Origin: an uncultured delta proteobacterium
GTDB lineage: Bacteria; Desulfobacterota; Binatia; Binatales; Binataceae
Assembly (NCBI GenBank): GCA_963842085.1
Contig: CAWJET010000001.1
Span: 960,001-1,024,000 of the forward strand
Length of the DNA stretch: 64,000 nucleotides
Reading direction: 5' to 3'
Position 1 is the first letter of the stretch. Each line of letters begins with the position of its first letter. The notes under the pieces are model-generated. The model worked only from the letters and a program-made list of their open reading frames with translations, was not told the DNA's origin and searched no databases. The position numbers were made by a program, and so were the translations under genes. Shown here one piece after another: positions 44,646 through 54,600 of the stretch.

Positions 44646-45922
44646 TGGTTCTCCCGGTTCGGATTGTCCGACGGCGGCGCCGACGCGTTGTAGGCCTCGC
44701 CCGGCCCTGTCTGCGCGCCCGCAAACGTGATCGGGCTTATCGCCATAACTTCCGTCATCACCTGCCCCTCGTCCTGAACGAGCACTCGACCGAGCGGTTC
44801 GCCTGCCACGACCGAGCCGTCGATTGCCGGCGGGATGTCGTACACGAGCTTGACCGCCGAGGCATCGGCCTTCGGCACTACGACTTTGAGCGCGCTCGCC
44901 GCGACCGGTTGAATGAGCGGACCCTCATGGACCTGCACCTCGACCGGAAGCGGCTGGTTCGACCTCAACAGTGACACCGCGGTGTATCGGTCAAAGCCCC
45001 ACTCCAACACTTTCGCGGCCTGCGCAAAGCGCTGCGCATTGGACGGCGCGCCGAGGATCACTGCGATCAGCCGCATATCGCCGCGCTTGGCTGTGGCGGT
45101 GACATTGAACCCGGCCATGTACGTAAAGCCGGTCTTGAGCCCGTCGCATCCTTCGAAATGGCCGATCAGGTGATTGGTGTTGTTCAGCATGCAGACGCCG
45201 TTGTCGAAATCCATCTTCTCCTGGCTCGACCACATCAGCAGGTTGGTCTCGCGGATAAGTGCGCGGCCCACTGTGGCCAGGTCGTAGGCGTCGGTGCGGT
45301 CGGCGTCATGGGTCGGGCGCGGCGGCAGTCCATCGACGGTCTGGTACTCGGTGTGCGTCATCCCCAGTGCCTGCGCCCGCTCGTTCATCATGCGCACCGT
45401 GGCCTCGACCGAGCCGCCGATCTTTTCGGCGACTGCGACCGCGGCGTCGTTGGCCGATTTGACCAGCGCCGCCTTCATCAGCTCGCGCAGCGGATAGACG
45501 TCGCCTTCCTTAAGGCCGACGCGCGAGCCGCCGGTATGCGCGGAGCGTTCGGAAATTCTGACCGGATCGTTGCCGCTAAAACGACCGGAATTGATCTGCT
45601 CCTGCGCGACCAGCAGGAGCATCATCTTGGCCATCGAGGCCGGCGGCCACTCCATGTCGGCGTTGTAGGCCATCAGCACGCGGCCGCTGTCCGCGTCCTC
45701 GAGCAGCGCGCCCTTATAGAGCGGGGTGCCGGCCGCGCTCGCCGTACGCTTTGAATGTACCACCCGATGCCGGCGCGATTGCTTGGTTGCGCCGGCGGGC
45801 GACGCGGCGAACACGACCGCCACGCTCAAGAGCGCAGCCGAGCCGAACAACGCGGCCGATTTGAAGTTAGCGCTCGCCGGACGCCACCTCGACAAATTCC
45901 ACCGCTTCCTCAATTCCACCAC
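44642..45922 (-). CDS. D-alanyl-D-alanine carboxypeptidase (peptidase S11)
   Basis: PASMAK (SxxK), SAN (SxN), GLKTG; start uncertain. Confidence 0.93.
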   Translation of the reverse strand: MVELRKRWNLSRWRPASANFKSAALFGSAALLSVAVVFAASPAGATKQSRRHRVVHSKRTASAAGTPLYKGALLEDADSGRVLMAYNADMEWPPASMAKMMLLLVAQEQINSGRFSGNDPVRISERSAHTGGSRVGLKEGDVYPLRELMKAALVKSANDAAVAVAEKIGGSVEATVRMMNERAQALGMTHTEYQTVDGLPPRPTHDADRTDAYDLATVGRALIRETNLLMWSSQEKMDFDNGVCMLNNTNHLIGHFEGCDGLKTGFTYMAGFNVTATAKRGDMRLIAVILGAPSNAQRFAQAAKVLEWGFDRYTAVSLLRSNQPLPVEVQVHEGPLIQPVAASALKVVVPKADASAVKLVYDIPPAIDGSVVAGEPLGRVLVQDEGQVMTEVMAISPITFAGAQTGPGEAYNASAPPSDNPNRENQ

Positions 45923-45959
45923 CTGCCTTTGTCGTGTTCCGTAATCCGATACGTCGCGG

Positions 45960-46667
45960 TTAAGGAATGCGAATGAAACCAGTCGGTTCGGCCGCACCCT
46001 TCGAGCCGCTGCGCTCGACCTGTTGCAGAATCGCGAGGTTGGTCCGCGCCGGCGTGTAATCGGGTATCTCACCTACCAGCTCGTTCCATTCCTGGCTCGC
46101 TCTGATGTAGTTGCCTTCCTCGGCGTAAATTGCGCCGAGCGTGTTGCGCGCATCCGGTTGACTCGGATCGATTTGCAATGACAGTAGCGCTTCCTGCTCG
46201 GCCTGGGCGAGCGCTCCGCGCCGCTCATAAGCCAGCGCGAGGTTGAAATGCGTCTCGGGCCGCTCCGGTCCGAGCAGCGCCGCCAGCCTCAGTACCTGGG
46301 TCGCGTCACGGGTCTGCCCGTTTTCGAGGTAGAGCAAGCCGAGATTCAGGAACAACTGCCAGTCGTCGAGGCCGAGCGCGATCGCCCTTTGATACTCGGC
46401 GAGTTCCTGACGATGCTGGCCGACCACGCCGTACGCAAACCCCAAATGGTAATGCGCGAGCGCGTTGGACGGATCCTCGTCGATCACGATGCGATGACGG
46501 CGGATGGCCTCGGGGTAATCTTCCATGCCCAGGAAATAATCTGCCAGCGGGTCGCAAACCTGCTCGTCGTTGGAACTGCTGTTCGCACTGGCGCGCGCAC
46601 TGATCGGCGACTGGAGTACCAGCACGATCAGAATGACAAGACAAATGCTCGAACGCCGACAGCTCAA
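45960..46667 (-). CDS. Exported tetratricopeptide repeat protein
   Basis: Signal peptide; repeated AHYHLG/FLNLG/HFNLA/RNTLG TPR units. Confidence 0.88.
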   Translation of the reverse strand: MSCRRSSICLVILIVLVLQSPISARASANSSSNDEQVCDPLADYFLGMEDYPEAIRRHRIVIDEDPSNALAHYHLGFAYGVVGQHRQELAEYQRAIALGLDDWQLFLNLGLLYLENGQTRDATQVLRLAALLGPERPETHFNLALAYERRGALAQAEQEALLSLQIDPSQPDARNTLGAIYAEEGNYIRASQEWNELVGEIPDYTPARTNLAILQQVERSGSKGAAEPTGFIRIP

Positions 46668-46899
46668 CGACTAATTATCTCCCACGGCCCCGCGTTGCCC
46701 GCAGGAAGAAATACGATGCTAGCAGGAATTCCTGCTACAAAAAAACGCGCAATGTGGGTCGACGCCGGGCGCAAGGAAAAAAGCGTCGCGCCAGCCGCGC
46801 GCGAAATTGTGCCCGGGGTCGCGCGGCCAAGGAAACGCCGAACGCGGGAAGCATGGCCAACTCTGCCCCCCGACCCTGAATTGGATCGATCTGCCTTAG

Positions 46900-46940
46900 G
46901 CAAATCGAAACAGGGCGACCGATTCGCGCGGTCGCCCTGT
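46900..46940 (-). terminator. Terminator after the collagen-like gene
   Basis: ACAGGGCGACCG...CGGTCGCCCTGT stem then TTCGATTT on the minus strand. Confidence 0.65.
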
Positions 46941-46959
46941 CCAACCGTCCGTCAAACTA

Positions 46960-47286
46960 TTACGGATTCGCAGGCGCTCCGGTTGCTCCAGGTGCGCCCG
47001 GTGCGCCCGGCGCTCCTGGTGCTCCTGGTGCTCCCGGTGCGCCAGGGGCTCCGGGAGCTCCCGTCTCACCGGTGGCTCCGGTTTCGCCGGTCGCGCCGGT
47101 TTCACCGGTAGCTGCCTTCTTGTGATGGCGGTGATGATGATGATGGGTGGTCGCGGCCGGCGATGCCTCCGCAGCCGGGGCAGCCATGCTCGACTCAGCC
47201 GCTGGCGAGGCTTCCTGGGCGAAAGCCGGCATCGCCAACGCGGCAGCGAAGAAAGCTGCGGAAAGGACGGAAAGGGTGCGCTTCAT
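46960..47286 (-). CDS. Small secreted His-rich, collagen-like (Gly-X-Y)15 protein
   Basis: AAGGAG RBS; signal peptide ending AFA; HHHHHRHH; 15 Gly-X-Y triplets. Confidence 0.85.
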   Translation of the reverse strand: MKRTLSVLSAAFFAAALAMPAFAQEASPAAESSMAAPAAEASPAATTHHHHHRHHKKAATGETGATGETGATGETGAPGAPGAPGAPGAPGAPGAPGAPGATGAPANP

Positions 47287-47348
47287 ACTCGTGGATCTCC
47301 TTGATCTCGGCGGCCCTTAATGGACCGCAATGTGACTATTGAGGGTAT

Positions 47349-47364
47349 TGCTATACCTGTGCCA
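47349..47364 (-). promoter_or_regulatory. sigma54 (-24/-12) promoter
   Basis: TGGCAC-AGGTA-TAGCA with correct GG-N10-GC spacing, about 60 nt upstream of the ATG. Confidence 0.65.
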
Positions 47365-47497
47365 TCGGGGTGTCGGCAAGAACTTGAGGGGATATCGCGA
47401 TAATTTCTTCGGGCAGGGGCGTCGCGATGACGCAATCGGTCTATCGCCTATCCGCTTTGCGTCGGGGCTTGGCCCCCGGTCCCCGAACGCTGCGCCC

Positions 47498-48223
47498 CTA
47501 CCTTGGGCCTTGGCGCTCGGCTTTTAGCTCGCGGTATAGCGCTATCAGCTCCTTAAACGCCCGTGCGACCACCTTGAGATTGGCGCCCGACTGCTCACCG
47601 GTCAGCCGCGGCAGATGCTGCACGTCCACCTCTTTTACCTTTGCGTTACGCCCTGCCAGCCGCGCCATCAGCTCGGTCGAGATCATCGCACCATGGGCGC
47701 GCAATTCCATCCCATCGAGCTTCTCGCGCTTGAAGAGTTTGAAGCCGCAATCGATATCGCTGATCGTGATGCCGAGCAAAGCACGCACGAGAAGCGTCCA
47801 TGCCTTGCCGTTGATCCTGCGGATCAGATGGTCGGCACGACGCACGCGGTGCCCGGCAACGACGTCGTACTCGGGAACAAACGGCGTCAACCGCTCGAGA
47901 TCTGAGGGATCGAACTGTCCGTCACCGTCGCATAGCAGCGCGTAGGGCTGGGTCGCGGCCCGAATGCCGGAAATCACCGCACCGCCGTAGCCGCGGTTGA
48001 CCGGATGACGGATGACCTTGACGTGCGGGTCCTCCGCGGCGAGGCGCTCGGCGATCTCGCCGGTGCGATCGCGGCTGCCGTCGTCAACCACGATTACCTC
48101 GAAGTCATCCGCGACGCGCGGGCATTCGGTCACCCATGAGCGCACGACGCGCTCGACGTTGCCTTCTTCGTTGTGCGACGGCAGGAAAACGCTGATTCCG
48201 GGGATTCGCGCCGGGCCACTCAC
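47498..48223 (-). CDS. Glycosyltransferase family 2 (DPM1/GtrB-like)
   Basis: PSHNEE, VVDDGSRD, DGDGQFD, DIDCGFKL. Confidence 0.93.
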   Translation of the reverse strand: MSGPARIPGISVFLPSHNEEGNVERVVRSWVTECPRVADDFEVIVVDDGSRDRTGEIAERLAAEDPHVKVIRHPVNRGYGGAVISGIRAATQPYALLCDGDGQFDPSDLERLTPFVPEYDVVAGHRVRRADHLIRRINGKAWTLLVRALLGITISDIDCGFKLFKREKLDGMELRAHGAMISTELMARLAGRNAKVKEVDVQHLPRLTGEQSGANLKVVARAFKELIALYRELKAERQGPR

Positions 48224-48236
48224 ATCGGCATGCGAT

Positions 48237-48716
48237 CTAGTCGCCGATCTCGCGGTAGCCGCCGCGGAAAAACAGCAGCGGTTTGCCTTCGTGGGGAGTC
48301 TCGGCCTGCTCAATCTCGCCGACGTAGATCGTATGGTCGCCGCCGTCGAGCGAGGCCGTGACCTTGCACTCGAGGTAGGCGAGCGCGCCGTCGAGGATGG
48401 GGGCGCCGTTCGCGCCGATTTTGTAACTCACGCCCTCGAACTTGTTGCCGCCGCTGACCGCGAATCGACGCGACAGCGCTTCCTGCTCCGAGGCCAGCAC
48501 GTTGACAGTGAAGATCCTGCTCTCCTCGAAACACGGATAGCTCTCGGCCTTCTTGTCCACGCAGACCAGCGCCAGCGGAGGGACCAGTGAGACCGACGTA
48601 AACGCGTTGGCGGTCAGGCCGTGCAGCTCGCCCGAGCGGCGCAGCGACGTGATCACCGTGACGCCGGTTGCGAAATGACCCATCACGCGCCGCAGTTCGT
48701 TCTTTTCGATTGGCAT
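48237..48716 (-). CDS. Flavin reductase (HpaC/RutF family)
   Basis: FATGVTVIT, SVSLVPP, GDHTIYVG, PLLFFRGGY. Confidence 0.95.
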   Translation of the reverse strand: MPIEKNELRRVMGHFATGVTVITSLRRSGELHGLTANAFTSVSLVPPLALVCVDKKAESYPCFEESRIFTVNVLASEQEALSRRFAVSGGNKFEGVSYKIGANGAPILDGALAYLECKVTASLDGGDHTIYVGEIEQAETPHEGKPLLFFRGGYREIGD

Positions 48717-48769
48717 TCAGAGACTCTCCGCGCGCGGATGCTATCAGACGATTTTGCCGACCGTCAAAG

Positions 48770-48801
48770 GCAGGGGTGACCCCTGCACCCAGTATCAAGA
48801 A
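48770..48801. repeat. Dispersed palindromic repeat, motif B
   Basis: GCAGGGGTGACCCCTGCACCCAGTATCAAGAA, matches 7504-7535. Confidence 0.8.
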
Positions 48802-48878
48802 AAAAGCAATCGGCGGGTCCGCGGAAGCGGGACTTCGTCCCGGTTAGAAAGGCTTGAGCGGGCCAAGCGCGAGGCGCG

Positions 48879-49394
48879 TCAGTCCCATCCGGAGCGATCG
48901 CGCGCGACCATCTGCCTGCCACCCAGGTAAACGTAGTCGAGCTCGAGTGAGGTCAACGGCCGATCGTTCGCGCTCACGCGTACGCCGACCGGCGACGCGA
49001 CGAAAATCGTATGGTCGCCGGCGGCGCGGCTCTCGATCACGCGGGCTTCCAGGGCGATCATGGCGAGCTTCAGCCAGGGCACGGCGAGCGTCGGAGACAG
49101 CTCGAACTCGATGGCGTCGAGATTATTGTCGCGCCGTGCGCGCGATGAATAAAAGTAGTCCTCGAGCTGCCGGCCACGGCGTCCCACGACGTTCAGTCCG
49201 AACGCACCGGTTCTCAAGATCACGCCGCTGCTGAAGTGCGCGTTGTCGACCGCCGCCGTGAACAGCACCGGCTCGCCCGAGACCTGCGCGACCCACGACG
49301 ACGACATCCCGTGGCATCGCCCATTCTCATGGGTGGTCAAAACGTATATTCCGGTGGTGAGGGCGGCCATCGCGCGGGCGAGATTGTTGTCCAT
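48879..49394 (-). CDS. Flavin reductase family protein
   Basis: GIYVLT, SWVAQVSGEP, AGDHTIFVA. Confidence 0.9.
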   Translation of the reverse strand: MDNNLARAMAALTTGIYVLTTHENGRCHGMSSSWVAQVSGEPVLFTAAVDNAHFSSGVILRTGAFGLNVVGRRGRQLEDYFYSSRARRDNNLDAIEFELSPTLAVPWLKLAMIALEARVIESRAAGDHTIFVASPVGVRVSANDRPLTSLELDYVYLGGRQMVARDRSGWD

Positions 49395-49522
49395 CGAATG
49401 AATGCTCCCGGGATTAAATCGCCGACAAAATCGCAGATTGACGCTACTTTAGAATTGACCTTCGCACCAAGCGTTCACAAAATAGATAATGTGACCGCGA
49501 TGCTGGAGCTTTGCTGGAGTTG

Positions 49523-50347
49523 ATGGGCCGGATTGCCGGATCGATCGCCGCCGCATTGATTGCTGCGACAATAGTAGTGATTGGTGCCGCCGAGCCCGCG
49601 CACGCCGCACCCGCCGCGGCGGTCGCGCAGGACAACACGCCGATCACCGCGGGCGACGCGGAGAAAGCAGGCTTGCAGCCGCCGGCTCCGCGCTACGATC
49701 CAAACCAGAAGTACGTCATTTCGGGCATACCGACGCCCGAGCCCGATTACACGGCCACTCCCACTTCCACCCCGACGCCGACCGCGACGCCGACTCCACT
49801 CGCGCAGGTGAAAATCGACGGCGTCCGCACCGATCTCGTGCCGACCGCGGGTCAAATTCTGTTCGACGAGACGCGCGACATTGCATTCATGGATCCGCTC
49901 AACTGGTCGGTGATGATCTTCAAAAAGCGACATAAGCTGATCGTCTATTACAAAGGCCGGCTGTTTAAGACCTACCACGCCGTGTTCGGGCGCAGCTTCG
50001 AGCCGGGCACGAAGCTGTGGGAGGGCGACCGGCGCACGCCCGAAGGTGTCTACACGATTGTCGGGAAGCATCCGAGCCGCCGCTGGGATTGGTTCCTCAC
50101 ACTGAACTATCCCAACGCGATTGACCGCCACCGTTACGAGGAACTGCGCGACGGCGGCGAGGTGCCGATCGAGGACGGCCATCCGATCGGCGTAGGCGGC
50201 CGAATCGGAATCCACGGCACCGACGAACCGAAACTGAACAGCGGCAATATAAACTGGACCACGGGGTGCATCTCAGTGGACGACGAAGCCGTCGAGGAGC
50301 TGACGCGGCTGCTGCCCAAGGGCACGGTCGTGATAATCAACCCGTGA
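49523..50347 (+). CDS. L,D-transpeptidase (YkuD) family protein
   Basis: GDRRTPEG, LNYPN, IGIHG...WTTGCI; TPTPT linker. Confidence 0.92.
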   Translation: MGRIAGSIAAALIAATIVVIGAAEPAHAAPAAAVAQDNTPITAGDAEKAGLQPPAPRYDPNQKYVISGIPTPEPDYTATPTSTPTPTATPTPLAQVKIDGVRTDLVPTAGQILFDETRDIAFMDPLNWSVMIFKKRHKLIVYYKGRLFKTYHAVFGRSFEPGTKLWEGDRRTPEGVYTIVGKHPSRRWDWFLTLNYPNAIDRHRYEELRDGGEVPIEDGHPIGVGGRIGIHGTDEPKLNSGNINWTTGCISVDDEAVEELTRLLPKGTVVIINP

Positions 50348-50413
50348 GACCTTAAGCGGCGGGCGAGGCCCCGAATTTCGGTTCGTTTATTTCTTTCGTC
50401 AGGAGAAGCGAAA

Positions 50414-51592
50414 TTGGACAAGACCGCTGGCGAATATCATTTCACGCGGCTCGAGACTGTAGTCTTCGCCGCCGGCAAGGCGGAAGCGCTCGGGCGCGAA
50501 TTGTCGCGGCGCGGGGCGAAGCGCGCGCTCATCGTAACCGGCAAGACGCTCGGCGGCTCCAAATTGCTGGACAAGGTGAAGAGTGCGGCCGGGCCCGCGT
50601 TGGCCGGAGTGTTCACCGGCGCGGCGCAGCACGTACCGTCGCACACGGTCACCGAGCTGGTGGCCGAGGCGCGCCGCGTCGGCGCCGATGCGATGGTGAG
50701 TTTCGGCGGCGGCAGCCCAATCGACACCGTTAAGAACGCCGCGTGGCAGTTGATGGGCGGGCGCGCGGGCTCGCGCACGATCGATTTCAGCTCGGCGGCG
50801 ACCGAGTCGGGCGCCGGACGCGAGATTCTGCATATCGCGATGCCGACCACGTTGTCGGCCGGCGAGTTCACGCCGGCGGGCGGCGTCACCGACGAATCGA
50901 CCAGGGTGAAAGGGGGAGTTGCCGACCCGCGCCTGCAGGCCAGGGTGGTCATCCTCGATCCGGCGCTGACGGTCGAGACGCCGGCGTGGCTGTGGGCCTC
51001 GACCGGGATGCGCGCGCTCGATCACGCGGTCGAAGGCTCATACTCGACGCGCCATCAGCTGGTTACCGACACGCTCGCGACGCGGGCGATCGCGCTGCTC
51101 AATGAGCATCTGCTGCCGTCGCTGCAAACGCATGGCGAAGAAGAACTCGAGCATCGCGTGCAATGCCAGCTCGCGGCGTGGCTCTCGATTTTCGGCATGT
51201 CGAACACGCGCGGTGGTATCTCGCACGCGCTGGGGCATCAGATCGGCCCGATGTGGAACGTGCCGCACGGCATCACGTCATGCATCACGCTGCCGCACGT
51301 GATGCGCTTCATGGCCGGCGTCGCCGCGGATCGCTTCGCACCGATCGCCGACGGATTCGGCGTGCGCTTCGACGCGCGCAGTCCGCGCTCATCGGCGCTT
51401 GAATGCGCCGATCGCACGGCCAGGTTCATCGGCAAGTTCGAAGTACCGGCGCGGCTTCGCGACGTCGGCGTGCCGCGCGAGGAAATTTCGCGAATCGCAG
51501 GCACGGTGCTCGAAGAAGTGAAGCGCGCGAACACGGTGGGCGCCGACGTCGCGCTGGAACAGTTAGTGGGGATACTAGAGGCGGCCTATTGA
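50414..51592 (+). CDS. Iron-containing alcohol dehydrogenase family (maleylacetate reductase-like)
   Basis: GGGSPID, PTTLSAGE, DHAVE, HALGH, PHG. Confidence 0.92.
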   Translation: MDKTAGEYHFTRLETVVFAAGKAEALGRELSRRGAKRALIVTGKTLGGSKLLDKVKSAAGPALAGVFTGAAQHVPSHTVTELVAEARRVGADAMVSFGGGSPIDTVKNAAWQLMGGRAGSRTIDFSSAATESGAGREILHIAMPTTLSAGEFTPAGGVTDESTRVKGGVADPRLQARVVILDPALTVETPAWLWASTGMRALDHAVEGSYSTRHQLVTDTLATRAIALLNEHLLPSLQTHGEEELEHRVQCQLAAWLSIFGMSNTRGGISHALGHQIGPMWNVPHGITSCITLPHVMRFMAGVAADRFAPIADGFGVRFDARSPRSSALECADRTARFIGKFEVPARLRDVGVPREEISRIAGTVLEEVKRANTVGADVALEQLVGILEAAY

Positions 51593-51606
51593 GAAACCAA
51601 TTGTAA

Positions 51607-51660
51607 TGAAACGCACCGTGGGTTTCACACTTCCTTGGGCAGAAGTGAGCCCTGCACTCC
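51607..51660. repeat. Composite repeat, motif A plus degenerate motif B
   Basis: TGAAACGCACCGTGGGTTTCA ... GCAGAAGTGAGCCCTGCACTCC. Confidence 0.6.
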
Positions 51661-51666
51661 ATGCTG

Positions 51667-52005
51667 CTACGGACCGATGGGGCCGACGTCGTGAGAATAT
51701 GGGTTTAGCTGCAGCGTGCCCCATTGCGAGCCGGGCAGAGTTGGCAAGGGCGTTTCGGATGGCGCGTCGGGGCCGTCCACGGTAATTTCGCCCCCGCCGG
51801 GAATTGGAATCGTCACGATATCCGGATTGGTGGAGTCATCCAGCGGTGGCATCGGGAGATCGGTTGGCGACTGATAGCTGTTGGCACTGTTGCCGTACGA
51901 GGAATCGGGAATCGGCACCGTGCCATCTTGCGCGCTCGCGATGCCGCTTGCGAGCAGGAGCATCGCGGCAATTGCCAACGCGGCGCTGGCGTGTCGTAAT
52001 GACAT
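51667..52005 (-). CDS. Small exported Pro-rich hypothetical protein
   Basis: Signal peptide ending ASA; acidic Pro-rich mature part. Confidence 0.65.
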   Translation of the reverse strand: MSLRHASAALAIAAMLLLASGIASAQDGTVPIPDSSYGNSANSYQSPTDLPMPPLDDSTNPDIVTIPIPGGGEITVDGPDAPSETPLPTLPGSQWGTLQLNPYSHDVGPIGP

Positions 52006-52307
52006 CGCGATCGATTGTTGCACGCGTCGAGCCGGAATGCATCCGCGCAGCGCGCACGGATCAGACGGATCAAAGAGCAGGCGCGATGAAATAGCTTGGA
52101 GCAGCAAATCCGACGCGAAGTGAATTTTCGGCAGCCATATTGACTTTGAGCGTCCCGGCTGTAGCTTTCATATGTGTAGACTCGTCGGTTTTGGCTTGTG
52201 CCTCGTCGCGCGGCCGACGTTTTGAGTAGGGGGAGAGACGGGGCTGCGGACAATTGGGTCTGTTCGCCGGTTCCGAGAAAATCTGGTAATGAGGTCAAGG
52301 TGATCTG

Positions 52308-53027
52308 ATGCCTGCATGCGGGCAGTGCGGCAAAGATAACCCGGAGGGCACGGTATTCTGCGGTTACTGTGCGACTCCGCTGGCGAAGCCGGCAGGCGAG
52401 CCCAAATCGCCAAAGCCGTCGAGCGGCAATCCTGCCGCTTCGCCGCCACTGCGTGGGTCGTCGCCGCAGTCCAAGCCATTTAAGGCCGAACTTCGCACGC
52501 CGGTGATCCGCACGTCGTCGCCAACCCCAAGCGGCGACGGCAAGGGCAAGGGAGGATTCGAGTGGATCCCATGGAGCGAGCTTTCAGCGGGTCAGAGAGC
52601 CGGACGCGTGATCGCCGGGGCCGTGGTGTTGCTTTTGATTTTTTTCTTCGTCAGCGAAATGTTGCGGAACCTTGCGGGGATTGGAGTGAATGGGACGGCG
52701 CCGTCGGCACAGAGTTCGGACGTTCCGATTACGCCGGGCGATCGTAAAGACGGAATCGAATCGCTGTGCAAGGTATTTCAGATATATGGGTTGCCCAAGA
52801 ACGACCACGATGCGACCGAAGCGGCGCGCAACGCGTCTGAATTATTCAAGCTCGCCGGCAATCAGTCGCCGGAGCGCAGCTCGTACATCCTGACTACTAT
52901 TGCGGGAGAGTTCCGCAGCGGCAAGCTGGGTCAACCCGACTGCGCCGAAGCGGGCGCGCCACTCGCCACCACAGACCAAAGCAGCGACAGTTCGACGCCG
53001 GACGTCAACCGAGACAGCAACCAATAG
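52308..53027 (+). CDS. Zinc-ribbon membrane protein
   Basis: CGQCG..FCGYC N-terminus, Pro-rich linker, one TM. Confidence 0.8.
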   Translation: MPACGQCGKDNPEGTVFCGYCATPLAKPAGEPKSPKPSSGNPAASPPLRGSSPQSKPFKAELRTPVIRTSSPTPSGDGKGKGGFEWIPWSELSAGQRAGRVIAGAVVLLLIFFFVSEMLRNLAGIGVNGTAPSAQSSDVPITPGDRKDGIESLCKVFQIYGLPKNDHDATEAARNASELFKLAGNQSPERSSYILTTIAGEFRSGKLGQPDCAEAGAPLATTDQSSDSSTPDVNRDSNQ

Positions 53028-54476
53028 CTATCGCCGCGCCGAGCGGGCGCGGGAGGTTGTCCAGTAGTAAATCGGGACGCCGCTCAGCGCGATCAGCAGT
53101 CCGGGCCAGGTATAACCTGGCTTCACGATCAACAGATCGACCATCAGGGCCGAGGCCGCGATGACGTAAAGCGCGGGCACGACGGGATAGCCCCACGCGC
53201 GGTATGGACGCGGCGCGCCGGGGAGGCGGCGGCGCAGCACGAAGACGGCGGACACCGTCAGCACGTAGAACATCAGCTGCGCGAAGATCACGTAGTCGAG
53301 CAGTTCGGAATAAGTTCCCGACAAGGTGAGGATAGCGGCCCAGACTCCCTGCATTACGAGCGCCACGGCAGGCACGCTCGCGCGATTGAGGCGGGCACCG
53401 GCGGCGAAGAAGACCCGGTCCTGTGACATCGCGTAGATGACGCGCGCGCCCGTCAGGATCAGTCCGTTGGCACATCCGAATGTGGAGATCATCACCAGAA
53501 TTGCGGTTAACCGGGCGCCCGCGCCGCCCCATACGACTTCCATCGCGGCGGCCGCGACCCGATCGCTGGCAGCATGCGCGATTCCGCTCCCCACTACCGT
53601 TGCCGCGGCCGCATTTCCCGACGCCGGCAATTCGCAGAGATAGGCGACGTTGGTGAGGAGGTAGAGCCCGATCACCACGCCGGTTCCGAACGCAAGCGCC
53701 AAGGGAAGATCGCGTTTGGGATTGCGGACCTCGGCTGCGGTGAAGGTGACGCTGGCCCATGCGTCGGCCGAGAACAGGGCGCCGACCATCGCGGCGCCGA
53801 ACACGCCCGCTCCAGCTAGCGACATGGAAGGGCTGCCGACGAAGGCGGTCGAGCTGCCGAAGTTTGCGTGAATCGCGGCGGGATTAGGTGCGATCAGGCA
53901 TCCGACCACAACAATCAAACAGAGCGATAGAATTTTTGCGCTGGTGAAGGAATTCTGCAGCCACTTGCCCATGTCCAGCCCGCGCAGATTCGCCCCGGTG
54001 AGGACCGCGATCACCGCGATGGCGCCCACGCGCTCGCCCGACAGTCCGGCGCCGCCGATTCCTACCCAGAGATTCGAGCCGAGCACCGGCCACATGACGC
54101 CGGCGAACCGCGCAAACGCAACTGCGACCGCCGCGATCGTGCCGGTCTGAATGACGAGCAGGAGCGTCCAGCCGAACATGAACGCCCACATCCCGCCGTA
54201 AGCCTCGCGCAGATAGACGTATTGTCCGCCCGCAGCCGGCATCATCGCGGCGAGCTCGCCGTACGCCAGCGCGCCCGCGATAGTCATTACGCCGGCCACC
54301 AGCCAGACCATCAGCAGCGCGGCCGGTGTGCCGACCTGGCGGGTGATATCGGCGGAAACAATGAAGATGCCCGAGCCGATCATCGAGCCGGCGACCAGGG
54401 TCGCGGAATCGAAGAGCGAAAGACCGGGCTTCAGGTGCTGGGAAGGCGCAGAAGGTTCGGGGATGGTGGCGGCCAT
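53028..54476 (-). CDS. APC-family amino acid permease
   Basis: GSMIGSGIF, ELAAMMP.AGG.YVYL, EVRNPKR, RPYRAWGYP. Confidence 0.95.
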   Translation of the reverse strand: MAATIPEPSAPSQHLKPGLSLFDSATLVAGSMIGSGIFIVSADITRQVGTPAALLMVWLVAGVMTIAGALAYGELAAMMPAAGGQYVYLREAYGGMWAFMFGWTLLLVIQTGTIAAVAVAFARFAGVMWPVLGSNLWVGIGGAGLSGERVGAIAVIAVLTGANLRGLDMGKWLQNSFTSAKILSLCLIVVVGCLIAPNPAAIHANFGSSTAFVGSPSMSLAGAGVFGAAMVGALFSADAWASVTFTAAEVRNPKRDLPLALAFGTGVVIGLYLLTNVAYLCELPASGNAAAATVVGSGIAHAASDRVAAAAMEVVWGGAGARLTAILVMISTFGCANGLILTGARVIYAMSQDRVFFAAGARLNRASVPAVALVMQGVWAAILTLSGTYSELLDYVIFAQLMFYVLTVSAVFVLRRRLPGAPRPYRAWGYPVVPALYVIAASALMVDLLIVKPGYTWPGLLIALSGVPIYYWTTSRARSARR

Positions 54477-54600
54477 TGCGAACGCATCGTAGCAGCAGGG
54501 GCCAATCGCTGCACCTCAATCAGGAGTAGAATTGCGGGCGTAGTCAGCGTTGCGGGATAATGGAATTGGCGATGAAACGCTTTGCAACCGGAGGCGACGG

